A stretch of DNA of 64,000 nucleotides from Escherichia coli. GTDB taxonomy: Bacteria; Pseudomonadota; Gammaproteobacteria; Enterobacterales; Enterobacteriaceae. The notes below the pieces were generated by a model, which did no database searches, had not been told where the DNA came from, and saw only the letters and a program-made list of their open reading frames with translations. This document shows, one piece after another, positions 20,715 to 36,476 of this stretch. The stretch lies in assembly GCF_036507355.1 (NCBI RefSeq), contig NZ_AP027877.1. One strand, written 5' to 3'. A program made the position numbers and the translations under genes. The stretch's first letter is position 1. Each line of letters starts with the position of its first letter.

Positions 20715-22292
20715 ATGACGGAAAACATTCATAAGCATCGCATCCTCATTCTGGACTTCGGTTCTCAGTACACTCAACTGGTTGCGCGCCGCGTGCGTGA
20801 GCTGGGTGTTTACTGCGAACTGTGGGCGTGGGATGTGACAGAAGCACAAATTCGTGACTTCAATCCAAGCGGCATTATTCTTTCCGGCGGCCCGGAAAGT
20901 ACTACTGAAGAAAACAGTCCGCGTGCGCCGCAGTATGTCTTTGAAGCAGGCGTACCGGTATTCGGCGTTTGCTATGGCATGCAGACCATGGCAATGCAGT
21001 TGGGCGGTCACGTTGAAGCCTCTAACGAACGTGAATTTGGCTACGCGCAGGTTGAAGTCGTAAACGACAGCGCACTGGTTCGCGGTATCGAAGATGCGCT
21101 GACCGCAGACGGTAAACCGCTGCTCGATGTCTGGATGAGCCACGGCGATAAAGTTACCGCTATCCCGTCCGACTTCATCACCGTAGCCAGCACCGAAAGC
21201 TGCCCGTTTGCCATTATGGCTAACGAAGAAAAACGCTTCTATGGCGTACAGTTCCACCCGGAAGTGACTCACACCCGCCAGGGTATGCGCATGCTGGAGC
21301 GTTTTGTGCGTGATATCTGCCAGTGTGAAGCCCTGTGGACGCCAGCGAAAATTATCGACGATGCTGTAGCTCGCATCCGCGAGCAGGTAGGCGACGATAA
21401 AGTCATCCTCGGCCTCTCTGGTGGTGTGGATTCCTCCGTAACCGCAATGCTGCTGCACCGCGCTATCGGTAAAAACCTGACTTGCGTATTCGTCGACAAC
21501 GGCCTGCTGCGTCTCAACGAAGCAGAGCAGGTTCTGGATATGTTTGGCGATCACTTTGGTCTTAACATTGTTCACGTACCGGCAGAAGATCGCTTCCTGT
21601 CAGCGCTGGCTGGCGAAAACGATCCGGAAGCAAAACGTAAAATCATCGGTCGCGTTTTCGTTGAAGTATTCGATGAAGAAGCGCTGAAACTGGAGGACGT
21701 GAAGTGGCTGGCGCAGGGCACCATCTACCCTGACGTTATCGAATCTGCGGCGTCTGCAACCGGTAAAGCACACGTCATCAAATCTCACCACAACGTGGGC
21801 GGCCTGCCGAAAGAGATGAAGATGGGCCTGGTTGAACCGCTGAAAGAGCTGTTCAAAGACGAAGTGCGTAAGATTGGTCTGGAGCTGGGTCTACCGTACG
21901 ACATGCTGTACCGTCACCCGTTCCCGGGACCAGGCCTTGGCGTTCGTGTTCTGGGTGAAGTGAAGAAAGAGTATTGTGACCTGCTGCGCCGTGCTGACGC
22001 CATCTTCATTGAAGAACTGCGTAAAGCGGACCTGTACGACAAAGTCAGCCAGGCGTTCACCGTCTTCCTGCCAGTACGTTCCGTTGGCGTAATGGGCGAT
22101 GGTCGTAAGTATGACTGGGTTGTCTCTCTGCGTGCTGTCGAAACCATCGACTTTATGACCGCACACTGGGCGCATCTGCCGTACGATTTCCTCGGTCGCG
22201 TTTCCAACCGCATTATCAATGAAGTGAACGGTATTTCCCGCGTGGTGTATGACATCAGCGGCAAGCCGCCAGCTACCATTGAGTGGGAATGA
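20715..22292 (+). CDS. guaA: GMP synthase (glutamine-hydrolysing)
   Basis: 525 aa; GATase1 (CYGMQ) and ATP-PPase SGGVDSS motifs; ends ...PATIEWE. Confidence 0.95.
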
Positions 22293-22316
22293 TTTGACCC
22301 TGCACTATGAATGAAC

Positions 22317-22347
22317 AAAACCCTCTGTTACTACAGAGGGTTTTTTA
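22317..22347. terminator. bidirectional Rho-independent terminator between convergent guaA and yfgI
   Basis: ACAAAA-CCCTCTG-TTACTA-CAGAGGG-TTTTTTAT: perfect stem flanked by A-run and T-run. Confidence 0.75.
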
Positions 22348-22384
22348 TCTTCAAGAATCATAGGCTTGAAGTTAGTAACATCGA

Positions 22385-22924
22385 TTAATTAAACCAGCTG
22401 TCCGATTTGTTCTCTTCTGCTTTGCCCACGCTTTTCATCAGATCGCGACCGCCTTCAGTCATATTTCTGTTGGCGTCAGCTTCAGATTGCACCACATCGG
22501 TTTGCGCAGCTTTGTGCTTCAGTTCCTGATCGATAAATTCGTTTTCGCGCTTAACGCGGGCTTCTTCTTTCGCCAGCGCCAGTTTTTGTTTCTGAATCTC
22601 TAAGCTGCGTAGCTCATCTTCATAACTTTGATCGCGTTTTTTGTCCGCAGTGGCTTCGGCGTCCAGTTTATCCTGACGAGCTTTCTTATTTGCCGCTGCC
22701 GTTGCCGCTCTTTTGTTAGCGGCGGCCTGGGCATTTGCGCGACGTTGCTTCTCTTGCTGGATTTCCCTGTTGCGCTCCGCGACCCATTCGTCATGCTGCC
22801 TTTGCTCTTCATTTTTACCTTGCTGTTCCGCTTCTGCGACAGCAGAGAGTTGATCCTGCAATGATGAGGCGATAGCCGGATAGCTTAAGGAGGCTAAGAT
22901 GGCGCAAAGAAAAACTTTCTTCAT
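22385..22924 (-). CDS. yfgI: secreted coiled-coil, charged protein YfgI
   Basis: 179 aa; signal peptide, then K/E/A/Q-rich low-complexity region. Confidence 0.8.
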   Translation of the reverse strand: MKKVFLCAILASLSYPAIASSLQDQLSAVAEAEQQGKNEEQRQHDEWVAERNREIQQEKQRRANAQAAANKRAATAAANKKARQDKLDAEATADKKRDQSYEDELRSLEIQKQKLALAKEEARVKRENEFIDQELKHKAAQTDVVQSEADANRNMTEGGRDLMKSVGKAEENKSDSWFN

Positions 22925-22939
22925 AACTCCTCCTGATTA

Positions 22940-23458
22940 TTAGCTCTTTTCAGGACATTTGGTATTTGGCTGAATACGCGTTTCGTTATACGTCGTGGTA
23001 ATAACAACGGCTAAACCTGTCGTAAACTGGCACTCTTTACCCACCTGGGTAGAGGTATACACTTTGGTGCCTTCCTTATACGTTAAAGAAACACCTTCCA
23101 CTAAGGTTTTATCATTCACCATAGAACCCGCTGCCGCGCCTACAGCTCCGCCGCCAACTGCACCTGCCGTCGTTCCGGAATTGCTGCCAGACCCGACGTT
23201 GTGGCCGATAACACCGCCAGCGACTGCGCCAATAAGCGCGCCGAAGGCTTGTGCGTTCCGTTTATTTTGGGAGTTGTCTACGGCAACTTTTGCGGGAAGA
23301 ATGGAAATAATATTAACGGTTTTAGTTTCTTGTTTGGTATTCAGTTGATCAGTTTGATAAACATCGGCGGCATGATCGTCAGCATTTGACTGGCATCCTG
23401 CCAGAGTGAATGACGCTAACATTACTACAGGCAGAAGATATTTTTTAAATTTCATCAC
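22940..23458 (-). CDS. yfgH: outer-membrane lipoprotein YfgH (glycine-zipper)
   Basis: 172 aa; lipobox LAGC; Gly-zipper GALIGAVAGGVIGHNVGSG. Confidence 0.85.
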   Translation of the reverse strand: MMKFKKYLLPVVMLASFTLAGCQSNADDHAADVYQTDQLNTKQETKTVNIISILPAKVAVDNSQNKRNAQAFGALIGAVAGGVIGHNVGSGSNSGTTAGAVGGGAVGAAAGSMVNDKTLVEGVSLTYKEGTKVYTSTQVGKECQFTTGLAVVITTTYNETRIQPNTKCPEKS

Positions 23459-23484
23459 TATTCCTTGTTGGTAATGACTCCAAC

Positions 23485-23988
23485 TTATTGATAGTGTTTT
23501 ATGTTCAGATAATGCCCGATGACTTTGTCATGCAGCTCCACCGATTTTGAGAACGACAGCGACTTCCGTCCCAGCCGTGCCAGGTGCTGCCTCAGATTCA
23601 GGTTATGCCGCTCAATTCGCTGCGTATATCGCTTGCTGATTACGTGCAGCTTTCCCTTCAGGCGGGATTCATACAGCGGCCAGCCATCCGTCATCCATAT
23701 CACCACGTCAAAGGGTGACAGCAGGCTCATAAGACGCCCCAGCGTCGCCATCGTGCGTTCACCGAATACGTGCGCAACAACCGTCTTCCGGAGCCTGTCA
23801 TACGCGTAAAACAGCCAGCGCTGGCGCGATTTAGCCCCGACATAGCCCCACTGTTCGTCCATTTCCGCGCAGACGATGACGTCACTGCCCGGCTGTATGC
23901 GCGAGGTTACCGACTGCGGCCTGAGTTTTTTAAGTGACGTAAAATCGTGTTGAGGCCAACGCCCATAATGCGGGCTGTTGCCCGGCAT
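23485..23988 (-). CDS. insB: IS1 InsB (transposase C-terminal part; fused to InsA by -1 frameshift)
   Basis: 167 aa, [16 protein letters not shown]...; overlaps insA around the A6C slippery site. Confidence 0.9.
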
Positions 23989-24182
23989 CCAACGCCATTC
24001 ATGGCCATATCAATGATTTTCTGGTGCGTACCGGGTTGAGAAGCGGTGTAAGTGAACTGCAGTTGCCATGTTTTACGGCAGTGAGAGCAGAGATAGCGCT
24101 GATGTCCGGCGGTGCTTTTGCCGTTACGCACCACCCCGTCAGTAGCTGAACAGGAGGGACAGCTGATAGAAACAGAAGCCAC
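23907..24182 (-). CDS. insA: IS1 InsA (transposition repressor / transposase N-terminal part)
   Basis: 91 aa, [40 protein letters not shown]... Confidence 0.9.
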
Positions 24183-24545
24183 TGGAGCACCTCAAAAACA
24201 CCATCATACACTAAATCAGTAAGTTGGCAGCATCACCTTCCTTGTTATACACATTACGAAAAATAAGACATTTAAGATCATCAAAAGAGGAAAGTAAATG
24301 TATTGCGTATAAAGGGATAGATTAAATTTATTAAAATTCACGCAGGGAATAATTTATAAAAATATATCATTACAACATATATATTAATTTTATGTTTATT
24401 TCGCAGCCAAACAGGATAAACATCAGTCAGGACAAAGACGTAAAATTTAAGATGAAAGAATATCTGCCGCTTTGATAATCCCAAAGAGCAAAAGCATCCG
24501 ACAGCGAAGTGCCGTTATGTTCTGTGAAAGTGGAGAAGGTAACCG

Positions 24546-24737
24546 CTAACGTTGTACCGGTGATTCGACGGAGAGTGTGGATTGCTGAGCTTCTTTTTTG
24601 CTCTGATGGTGCTGCCAGGCACCGACGGACGAGTAGATAAAACGGCCAAAGAAGAAGATAAAGCTGATGAGCAGTACGATACGGGTCATGCGACTGTTAA
24701 ATCGGTGTCGTTTTCGCATACTGGTTGCCTGACTCAC
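24546..24737 (-). CDS. yfgG: small membrane protein YfgG
   Basis: 63 aa with single hydrophobic helix (IVLLISFIFFFGRFIY); position between yfgH and pdeF. Confidence 0.6.
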   Translation of the reverse strand: MSQATSMRKRHRFNSRMTRIVLLISFIFFFGRFIYSSVGAWQHHQSKKEAQQSTLSVESPVQR

Positions 24738-24947
24738 AAAAGGTTCCTTGAAGTATGTCCCACGCTGTGGACGGTACTTACATTAAGGCACAACAGGACA
24801 AAATGGTCAATTCTTCGTTATGTAAAAAAGCGTCAGTGGATACATATTTTAATGTTATGGAAGTTAATTTAATTATTTACAATGATGATGTAATAATGAT
24901 GAATTAACATGATAAACGTAATAATTCATTAATCAGGGTTATTTTGT

Positions 24948-24961
24948 TTGATATATATCAA
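24948..24961 (+). promoter_or_regulatory. FNR binding site (perfect consensus) in pdeF promoter
   Basis: TTGATATATATCAA = TTGAT-N4-ATCAA; candidate -10 TAGAAT at 24983-24988 places the site near -41.5 (class II). Confidence 0.7.
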
Positions 24962-25088
24962 TTGGAACTTTCATATGACACTTAGAATCAATGCTCTCTA
25001 TAGTGATGAATAATCATCATTCGAAGTCAGGTGGGATGCCTGTCTGAATACACCTCCTTCAGGATGTGGGGGATTCTGCTGAGCATCT

Positions 25089-27332
25089 ATGAAACTGAAT
25101 GCAACTTATATAAAAATACGTGATAAATGGTGGGGGCTTCCGCTGTTCCTGCCTTCTTTAATCTTGCCCATTTTCGCCCACATTAATACTTTCGCGCATA
25201 TTTCTTCCGGTGAGGTTTTTCTCTTTTATCTGCCTTTGGCACTGATGATCAGCATGATGATGTTTTTCAGCTGGGCGGCATTGCCAGGGATCGCCTTAGG
25301 GATTTTTGTCCGCAAATATGCAGAGCTTGGTTTTTACGAAACGCTCTCATTAACGGCTAATTTTATTATCATTATCATTCTCTGTTGGGGCGGTTACAGG
25401 GTCTTTACTCCCCGGCGTAACAACGTTTCACATGGTGATACCCGTTTAATTTCCCAGCGTATATTCTGGCAGATTGTGTTTCCTGCAACGCTGTTTCTGA
25501 TACTTTTCCAGTTTGCTGCGTTTGTAGGATTACTGGCGAGCAGAGAAAATCTGGTCGGCGTCATGCCTTTTAACCTCGGGACCTTAATCAATTATCAGGC
25601 CTTACTGGTGGGCAATCTGATTGGTGTCCCGCTGTGCTACTTCATCATTCGGGTAGTTCGAAATCCGTTTTATTTACGTAGTTATTATTCGCAATTAAAA
25701 CAGCAGGTTGATGTCAAAGTCACCAAAAAAGAGTTCGCACTCTGGCTACTGGCATTAGGTGCTTTACTGTTGCTGTTATGCATGCCGTTAAATGAAAAAA
25801 GCACAATTTTTAGCACCAATTATACCTTGTCATTATTGCTGCCCCTGATGATGTGGGGAGCGATGCGCTATGGTTATAAGCTGATTTCACTGCTCTGGGC
25901 GGTCATGTTGATGATCAGCATCCACAGCTATCAAAATTACATTCCCATTTATCCCGGCTATACCACGCAGCTGACCATAACCTCCTCCAGTTATCTGGTA
26001 TTCTCTTTTATTGTCAATTATATGGCTGTACTGGCAACCCGTCAGAGAACGGTAGTCAGACGCATTCAGCGGCTTGCGTATGTGGACCCGGTGGTTCATC
26101 TGCCAAATGTTCGCGCCCTGAATCGCGCGTTGCGTGATGCCCCCTGGTCTGCGCTTTGTTATTTACGCATCCCTGGCATGGAAATGCTGGTTAAAAACTA
26201 TGGCATCATGCTGCGGATTCAATACAAGCAAAAACTTTCTCACTGGCTGTCACCATTGCTGGAACCGGGTGAAGATGTTTATCAGCTTTCGGGTAACGAT
26301 CTCGCGCTGCGACTGAATACAGAATCGCACCAGGAGCGCATTACCGCACTGGATAGCCATCTCAAGCAATTTCGTTTCTTTTGGGATGGAATGCCGATGC
26401 AACCGCAGATTGGCGTCAGCTACTGCTATGTACGCTCGCCAGTGAATCATATCTACCTGCTGCTGGGAGAGCTAAATACGGTCGCCGAACTTTCCATCGT
26501 GACCAACGCCCCGGAAAATATGCAGCGTCGCGGGGCAATGTATTTGCAACGCGAATTGAAAGATAAAGTCGCGATGATGAATCGACTACAGCAGGCGCTG
26601 GAACACAACCATTTTTTCCTGATGGCCCAGCCGATTACCGGTATGCGTGGTGATGTTTACCATGAAATTCTTCTGCGCATGAAAGGTGAGAATGATGAAC
26701 TGATCAGCCCCGATAGCTTCTTGCCGGTCGCGCACGAATTTGGTTTATCGTCGAGTATCGACATGTGGGTCATTGAGCATACGCTGCAATTTATGGCTGA
26801 AAACAGAGCGAAGATGCCCGCTCACCGTTTTGCTATTAATCTGTCTCCAACCTCGGTATGTCAGGCTCGTTTTCCTGTTGAAGTCAGTCAGTTGCTGGCT
26901 AAATATCAGATTGAAGCGTGGCAACTTATTTTTGAAGTCACCGAAAGTAATGCTCTGACCAATGTTAAGCAGGCGCAAATCACCTTGCAGCATCTTCAGG
27001 AATTAGGCTGCCAGATTGCGATTGATGATTTCGGCACCGGCTACGCCAGCTATGCGCGGCTTAAAAATGTGAATGCCGATCTGCTTAAAATTGACGGCAG
27101 TTTTATCCGCAATATTGTGTCAAATAGTCTGGATTATCAGATAGTGGCATCGATTTGCCACCTGGCGCGAATGAAGAAAATGCGGGTAGTGGCAGAGTAC
27201 GTTGAAAACGAAGAGATCCGCGAGGCAGTGCTCTCTTTGGGGATCGATTATATGCAGGGTTATCTTATTGGTAAGCCGCAACCGTTAATTGATACGCTGA
27301 ATGAAATCGAACCCATTCGCGAAAGTGCCTGA
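25089..27332 (+). CDS. pdeF: c-di-GMP phosphodiesterase PdeF (MASE1 membrane domain, degenerate GGDEF, EAL)
   Basis: 747 aa; multi-TM N-terminus; EAL-domain motifs in C-terminal third. Confidence 0.85.
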   Translation: MKLNATYIKIRDKWWGLPLFLPSLILPIFAHINTFAHISSGEVFLFYLPLALMISMMMFFSWAALPGIALGIFVRKYAELGFYETLSLTANFIIIIILCWGGYRVFTPRRNNVSHGDTRLISQRIFWQIVFPATLFLILFQFAAFVGLLASRENLVGVMPFNLGTLINYQALLVGNLIGVPLCYFIIRVVRNPFYLRSYYSQLKQQVDVKVTKKEFALWLLALGALLLLLCMPLNEKSTIFSTNYTLSLLLPLMMWGAMRYGYKLISLLWAVMLMISIHSYQNYIPIYPGYTTQLTITSSSYLVFSFIVNYMAVLATRQRTVVRRIQRLAYVDPVVHLPNVRALNRALRDAPWSALCYLRIPGMEMLVKNYGIMLRIQYKQKLSHWLSPLLEPGEDVYQLSGNDLALRLNTESHQERITALDSHLKQFRFFWDGMPMQPQIGVSYCYVRSPVNHIYLLLGELNTVAELSIVTNAPENMQRRGAMYLQRELKDKVAMMNRLQQALEHNHFFLMAQPITGMRGDVYHEILLRMKGENDELISPDSFLPVAHEFGLSSSIDMWVIEHTLQFMAENRAKMPAHRFAINLSPTSVCQARFPVEVSQLLAKYQIEAWQLIFEVTESNALTNVKQAQITLQHLQELGCQIAIDDFGTGYASYARLKNVNADLLKIDGSFIRNIVSNSLDYQIVASICHLARMKKMRVVAEYVENEEIREAVLSLGIDYMQGYLIGKPQPLIDTLNEIEPIRESA

Positions 27333-27337
27333 ATAAT

Positions 27338-27364
27338 GCGGGCCGACATTTCTCGTCGGCCCGC
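27338..27364. other. GC-rich hairpin between convergent pdeF and ppx (possible terminator)
   Basis: GCGGGCCGAC-ATTTCTC-GTCGGCCCGC perfect 10-bp stem; weak U-tracts. Confidence 0.4.
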
Positions 27365-27370
27365 AAAGCA

Positions 27371-30983
<3,613 letters not shown>

Positions 30984-31154
30984 TACCACTTTTACTCCGT
31001 TTTATTCACGGGACACTGCCTGGATATTATGGCGAGCAATATTGGCAGATGTCCAACTATGCCAGAAAAGGGGGAAAAAAACTGCTGGAGCTTGCGATTT
31101 ACAGGTGAATTGAAAAACGCCAGCGGCAGAGCTGGCGCTTTAACTACGGGGGCA

Positions 31155-31792
31155 TTACTCGTCGGCAGCGTAGCCCTGCGGCGGCAGACGTTGACCATCC
31201 AGCCACGCGGCGTTTTCGTGCATTTTCAGACGACCATCGGCAAACCAGCTAATCACCAGTGGATAAATGGCGTGTTCCTGGGTTTGCACGCGGGCGGTGA
31301 CGTCATCTTCCGTATCACCAGCAAATACCGGGACTTTCGCCTGTAAAATAACCGGGCCACCGTCCAGTTCATCGGTGACGAAATGCACCGATGTACCGTG
31401 CTCTTCATCGCCATTTTCCAGCGCCTGACGATGGGTGTGTAATCCGGGATATTTCGGCAGCAGAGAAGGGTGAATGTTCAGCAAACGCCCGGCATAGTGG
31501 GAGACAAACGCCGGGCTGAGAATGCGCATAAAACCAGCCAGCACGACCACATCGGGTGCGTACATGTCGATTTCATGAATCAACTCCCGGTCATAGGCTT
31601 CACGACTGTCAAACGCGCTGGCGATGAGCGTATGCGTTGCAATACCCGCCTGGCGGGCGCGTTCAAGGCCGAACGCGTCGGCCTTATTGCTGAAAACTGC
31701 CCGTACGGTGCCTTTAATTTTGTTGGTTTTACAGGCGTCAATAATTGCCTGCAAATTACTTCCGTTGCCGGAAATAAGCACCACAATATTCA

Positions 31793-31793
<1 letters not shown>
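31155..31793 (-). CDS. purN: phosphoribosylglycinamide formyltransferase 1
   Basis: 212 aa; MNIVVLISGNGSNLQAIIDA; start overlaps purM stop (TAATG). Confidence 0.95.
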
Positions 31794-32848
<1,055 letters not shown>

Positions 32849-32894
32849 TTACTTGCGGTAGAAAAATAAAATTCGGCGCAATTCTAACAGGGAA

Positions 32895-32910
32895 AGCAAA
32901 CGTTTGCGAG
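32895..32910 (-). promoter_or_regulatory. PurR operator (PUR box) of purMN
   Basis: AGCAAACGTTTGCGAG, near-perfect palindromic PUR box about 65 bp upstream of purM start. Confidence 0.75.
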
Positions 32911-33154
32911 ACTGCTTTACACAACCTTTTTGCACGTCTTTTCCCCAGGCGTGCGGCGAAAGAAGACTTGTGCCAGGGTAAAGGTTAGTTTTCGGATGGA
33001 ATAATCTTCTTTCATAACCATTTGAATATAAAATAACTTTATCTCAAACCGTTATCATTTTGACTAAAGTCAACGAAAATAATATTGCCGCCTTGAAGAA
33101 AGGAGGTATAATCCGTCGATTTTTTTTGTGGCTGCCCCTCAAAGGAGAAAGAGT

Positions 33155-33781
33155 ATGAAGATCGTGGAAGTCAAACACCCACTCGTCAAACACAAGCTGG
33201 GACTGATGCGTGAGCAAGATATCAGCACCAAGCGCTTTCGCGAACTCGCTTCCGAAGTGGGTAGCCTGCTGACTTACGAAGCGACCGCCGACCTCGAAAC
33301 GGAAAAAGTAACTATCGAAGGCTGGAACGGCCCGGTAGAAATCGACCAGATCAAAGGTAAGAAAATTACCGTTGTGCCAATTCTGCGTGCCGGTCTTGGT
33401 ATGATGGACGGTGTGCTGGAAAACGTTCCAAGCGCGCGCATCAGCGTTGTCGGTATGTACCGTAATGAAGAAACTCTGGAGCCGGTACCGTACTTCCAGA
33501 AACTGGTTTCTAACATCGATGAGCGTATGGCGCTGATCGTTGACCCAATGCTGGCAACCGGTGGTTCCGTTATCGCGACCATCGACCTGCTGAAAAAAGC
33601 GGGCTGCAGCAGCATCAAAGTTCTGGTGCTGGTAGCTGCACCAGAAGGTATCGCTGCGCTGGAAAAAGCGCATCCGGACGTCGAACTGTATACTGCATCG
33701 ATTGACCAGGGACTGAACGAGCACGGATACATTATTCCGGGCCTCGGCGATGCCGGTGACAAAATCTTTGGTACGAAATAA
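33155..33781 (+). CDS. upp: uracil phosphoribosyltransferase
   Basis: 208 aa from [15 protein letters not shown]; PRPP-binding motif. Confidence 0.95.
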
Positions 33782-33873
33782 AGAATAAAAATAATTAAAG
33801 CCGACTTTAAGAGTCGGCTTTTTTTTGAGTAAAGCGCCTATAACACATAACACATAATACAGAGGATAATACT

Positions 33874-35163
33874 ATGACGCGCCGTGCTATCGGGGTGAGT
33901 GAAAGACCGCCACTTTTACAGACAATCCCGCTTAGTTTGCAACATTTGTTCGCCATGTTTGGTGCAACCGTCCTGGTGCCCGTCTTATTTCATATTAACC
34001 CGGCGACTGTACTGTTATTTAACGGTATTGGAACGCTGCTGTATCTCTTCATCTGTAAAGGGAAAATTCCGGCTTATCTTGGTTCCAGCTTTGCCTTTAT
34101 TTCACCGGTATTGTTACTGTTGCCGTTAGGGTATGAAGTCGCGCTGGGCGGCTTTATTATGTGCGGCGTGCTGTTCTGCCTTGTTTCTTTTATCGTGAAG
34201 AAAGCGGGGACCGGCTGGCTGGACGTGCTGTTTCCACCTGCGGCAATGGGCGCAATCGTTGCCGTCATCGGTCTGGAGCTGGCGGGCGTAGCTGCCGGTA
34301 TGGCGGGTTTACTCCCGGCTGAAGGGCAAACGCCAGACTCCAAAACCATCATCATCTCTATTACCACCCTGGCGGTCACGGTTTTAGGTTCCGTGCTGTT
34401 TCGTGGTTTCCTGGCAATTATCCCGATTTTAATTGGCGTGCTGGTGGGGTACGCGCTCTCTTTCGCAATGGGAATTGTCGATACCACGCCGATTATTAAT
34501 GCTCACTGGTTTGCGCTGCCAACCCTCTATACGCCGCGCTTCGAGTGGTTTGCCATTCTGACTATTCTGCCAGCGGCGTTAGTGGTTATTGCCGAACACG
34601 TAGGGCACCTGGTAGTAACGGCTAATATCGTCAAAAAAGATCTGCTGCGCGATCCAGGTCTGCACCGTTCGATGTTTGCTAACGGCTTGTCGACCGTGAT
34701 TTCCGGCTTCTTTGGCTCTACGCCAAATACCACTTACGGAGAAAACATTGGCGTGATGGCGATCACCCGTGTTTACAGTACCTGGGTTATCGGCGGGGCG
34801 GCGATTTTCGCTATCCTGCTTTCCTGCGTCGGTAAACTGGCTGCCGCTATCCAGATGATCCCATTGCCGGTGATGGGCGGCGTTTCGCTGCTGCTTTATG
34901 GTGTCATCGGTGCTTCCGGTATTCGTGTTTTGATCGAATCGAAAGTGGATTACAACAAAGCACAGAACCTGATCCTGACTTCCGTGATTTTGATCATCGG
35001 CGTCAGTGGCGCGAAGGTAAACATCGGCGCGGCGGAGTTGAAAGGTATGGCGCTGGCGACCATCGTCGGTATCGGCTTAAGTTTGATTTTCAAACTGATC
35101 AGTGTGCTGCGCCCTGAAGAAGTGGTGCTGGACGCAGAAGACGCGGATATAACAGACAAATAA
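33874..35163 (+). CDS. uraA: uracil:H+ symporter
   Basis: 429 aa polytopic membrane protein of the NCS2 family; directly downstream of upp. Confidence 0.95.
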   Translation: MTRRAIGVSERPPLLQTIPLSLQHLFAMFGATVLVPVLFHINPATVLLFNGIGTLLYLFICKGKIPAYLGSSFAFISPVLLLLPLGYEVALGGFIMCGVLFCLVSFIVKKAGTGWLDVLFPPAAMGAIVAVIGLELAGVAAGMAGLLPAEGQTPDSKTIIISITTLAVTVLGSVLFRGFLAIIPILIGVLVGYALSFAMGIVDTTPIINAHWFALPTLYTPRFEWFAILTILPAALVVIAEHVGHLVVTANIVKKDLLRDPGLHRSMFANGLSTVISGFFGSTPNTTYGENIGVMAITRVYSTWVIGGAAIFAILLSCVGKLAAAIQMIPLPVMGGVSLLLYGVIGASGIRVLIESKVDYNKAQNLILTSVILIIGVSGAKVNIGAAELKGMALATIVGIGLSLIFKLISVLRPEEVVLDAEDADITDK

Positions 35164-35257
35164 TGTACCGACCGGGCAGTGTTGCTGCCCGGTTCAAACA
35201 TCATGGGATTCTGTGGTAAACTTCTCGCGATTTTGTGAAATCCTGGTTGAGGTATCT

Positions 35258-35959
35258 CTGAACACACCGGCACAGCTCTCTTTGCCACTTTATCTTCCTG
35301 ACGACGAAACCTTTGCAAGTTTCTGGCCGGGGGATAACTCCTCTTTACTGGCCGCGCTGCAAAACGTGCTGCGTCAGGAACATAGCGGTTACATCTATCT
35401 CTGGGCACGCGAAGGCGCGGGGCGCAGCCATCTGCTGCACGCGGCTTGCGCGGAATTGTCGCAGCGTGGCGATGCGGTGGGCTATGTCCCGCTGGATAAA
35501 CGCACCTGGTTTGTTCCGGAAGTGCTCGACGGTATGGAGCATTTGTCGCTGGTCTGTATCGACAACATTGAGTGTATTGCAGGCGATGAGTTGTGGGAGA
35601 TGGCGATTTTCGATCTCTACAATCGAATTCTGGAATCGGGCAAAACACGGTTGTTGATCACCGGCGATCGTCCACCGCGGCAGTTGAATCTGGGATTACC
35701 GGATCTCGCGTCGCGACTCGACTGGGGGCAGATCTACAAATTGCAGCCACTTTCTGATGAAGATAAGTTGCAGGCGCTACAGTTACGCGCGCGTTTGCGT
35801 GGTTTTGAACTGCCGGAAGATGTGGGGCGTTTCTTGCTGAAGCGGCTCGACAGAGAAATGCGCACGCTATTTATGACGTTGGATCAGTTGGATCGTGCGT
35901 CGATTACCGCGCAACGTAAATTGACCATTCCGTTTGTGAAAGAAATTCTGAAGTTGTAG
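35258..35959 (+). CDS. hda: DnaA regulatory inactivator Hda
   Basis: AAA+ protein ending ...[10 protein letters not shown]; start uncertain, CTG at 35258 would give 233 aa, ORF-track ATG 35213 gives 248 aa. Confidence 0.8.
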
Positions 35960-35971
35960 ATAAAGTGTTTA

Positions 35972-36068
35972 TTGTCGGATGCGGTGCGAACGCCTTATCC
36001 GAACTACGCGAAGTTAATCCATAGTATTCGTAGGCCGGATAAGACGTGGCAAGCGTCGCATCCGGCAA
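35972..36068. repeat. BIME (REP pair) between convergent hda and yfgD
   Basis: TGTCGGATGCGGTGCGAACGCCTTATCCGAACTAC and GTAGGCCGGATAAGACGTGGCAAGCGTCGCATCCGGCA. Confidence 0.75.
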
Positions 36069-36096
36069 TGTGCTTCAACTAGCGATGGAGCACATC

Positions 36097-36456
36097 TTAA
36101 CCCACGATTTCCAGTACCTGCTCCGGTGGACGACCAATCCGCGCTTTGCCATTCGCGACCACAATCGGGCGCTCCATCAGCTTCGGATTATCCACCATTG
36201 CCTGAATCAGCGCCTCTTCGCTAAGCGAACTGTCAGCCAGGTTCAGTTCTTTATAAAGATTCTCTTTCTGGCGCATCAATTCACGGGCGCTATTCATCCC
36301 CAGCATTTTCAGCAAATCGCGCAGCGTTGCCGCATCGGCGGGTGTCTCAAGGTAGAGCACCACTTCTGGCTCCACGCCGTTTTCTTTCAGCAGGTTCAGC
36401 GTTTCCCGGCTCTTTGAACAGCGTGGGTTATGGTAGATTTTTACCTGTTTGGTCAT
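36097..36456 (-). CDS. yfgD: ArsC-family reductase YfgD
   Basis: 119 aa; N-terminal Cys motif YHNPRCSKSRETL typical of ArsC/Spx fold. Confidence 0.85.
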   Translation of the reverse strand: MTKQVKIYHNPRCSKSRETLNLLKENGVEPEVVLYLETPADAATLRDLLKMLGMNSARELMRQKENLYKELNLADSSLSEEALIQAMVDNPKLMERPIVVANGKARIGRPPEQVLEIVG

Positions 36457-36476
36457 TGTTCTTCCTTTAATGCGAA

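Larger units (their letters stand above)
23470..24237 (-). mobile_element. IS1 insertion sequence (complete, 768 bp) with 9-bp target-site duplication TTCCTTGTT
   Basis: Terminal sequence GGTAATGACTCCAACTTATTGATAGTG at 23470 and reverse-complement of GGTGATGCTGCCAACTTACTGAT ending at 24237; insA/insB with A6C frameshift motif; identical 9-mers at 23461-23469 and 24238-24246. Confidence 0.95.

Noticed and set aside
20712-21575. 287-aa minus-strand ORF antisense to guaA (and a similar 251-aa one antisense to guaB at 19183-19938)
   Set aside because: Shadow ORFs typical of long coding regions; the sense-strand genes are highly conserved
31029-31346. 105-aa plus-strand ORF at the ppk/purN junction
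   Set aside because: Overlaps the 3' end of purN antisense and the ppk promoter region; no support
33044-33853. 269-aa minus-strand ORF covering the upp locus
   Set aside because: Antisense to upp, whose product matches uracil phosphoribosyltransferase end to end
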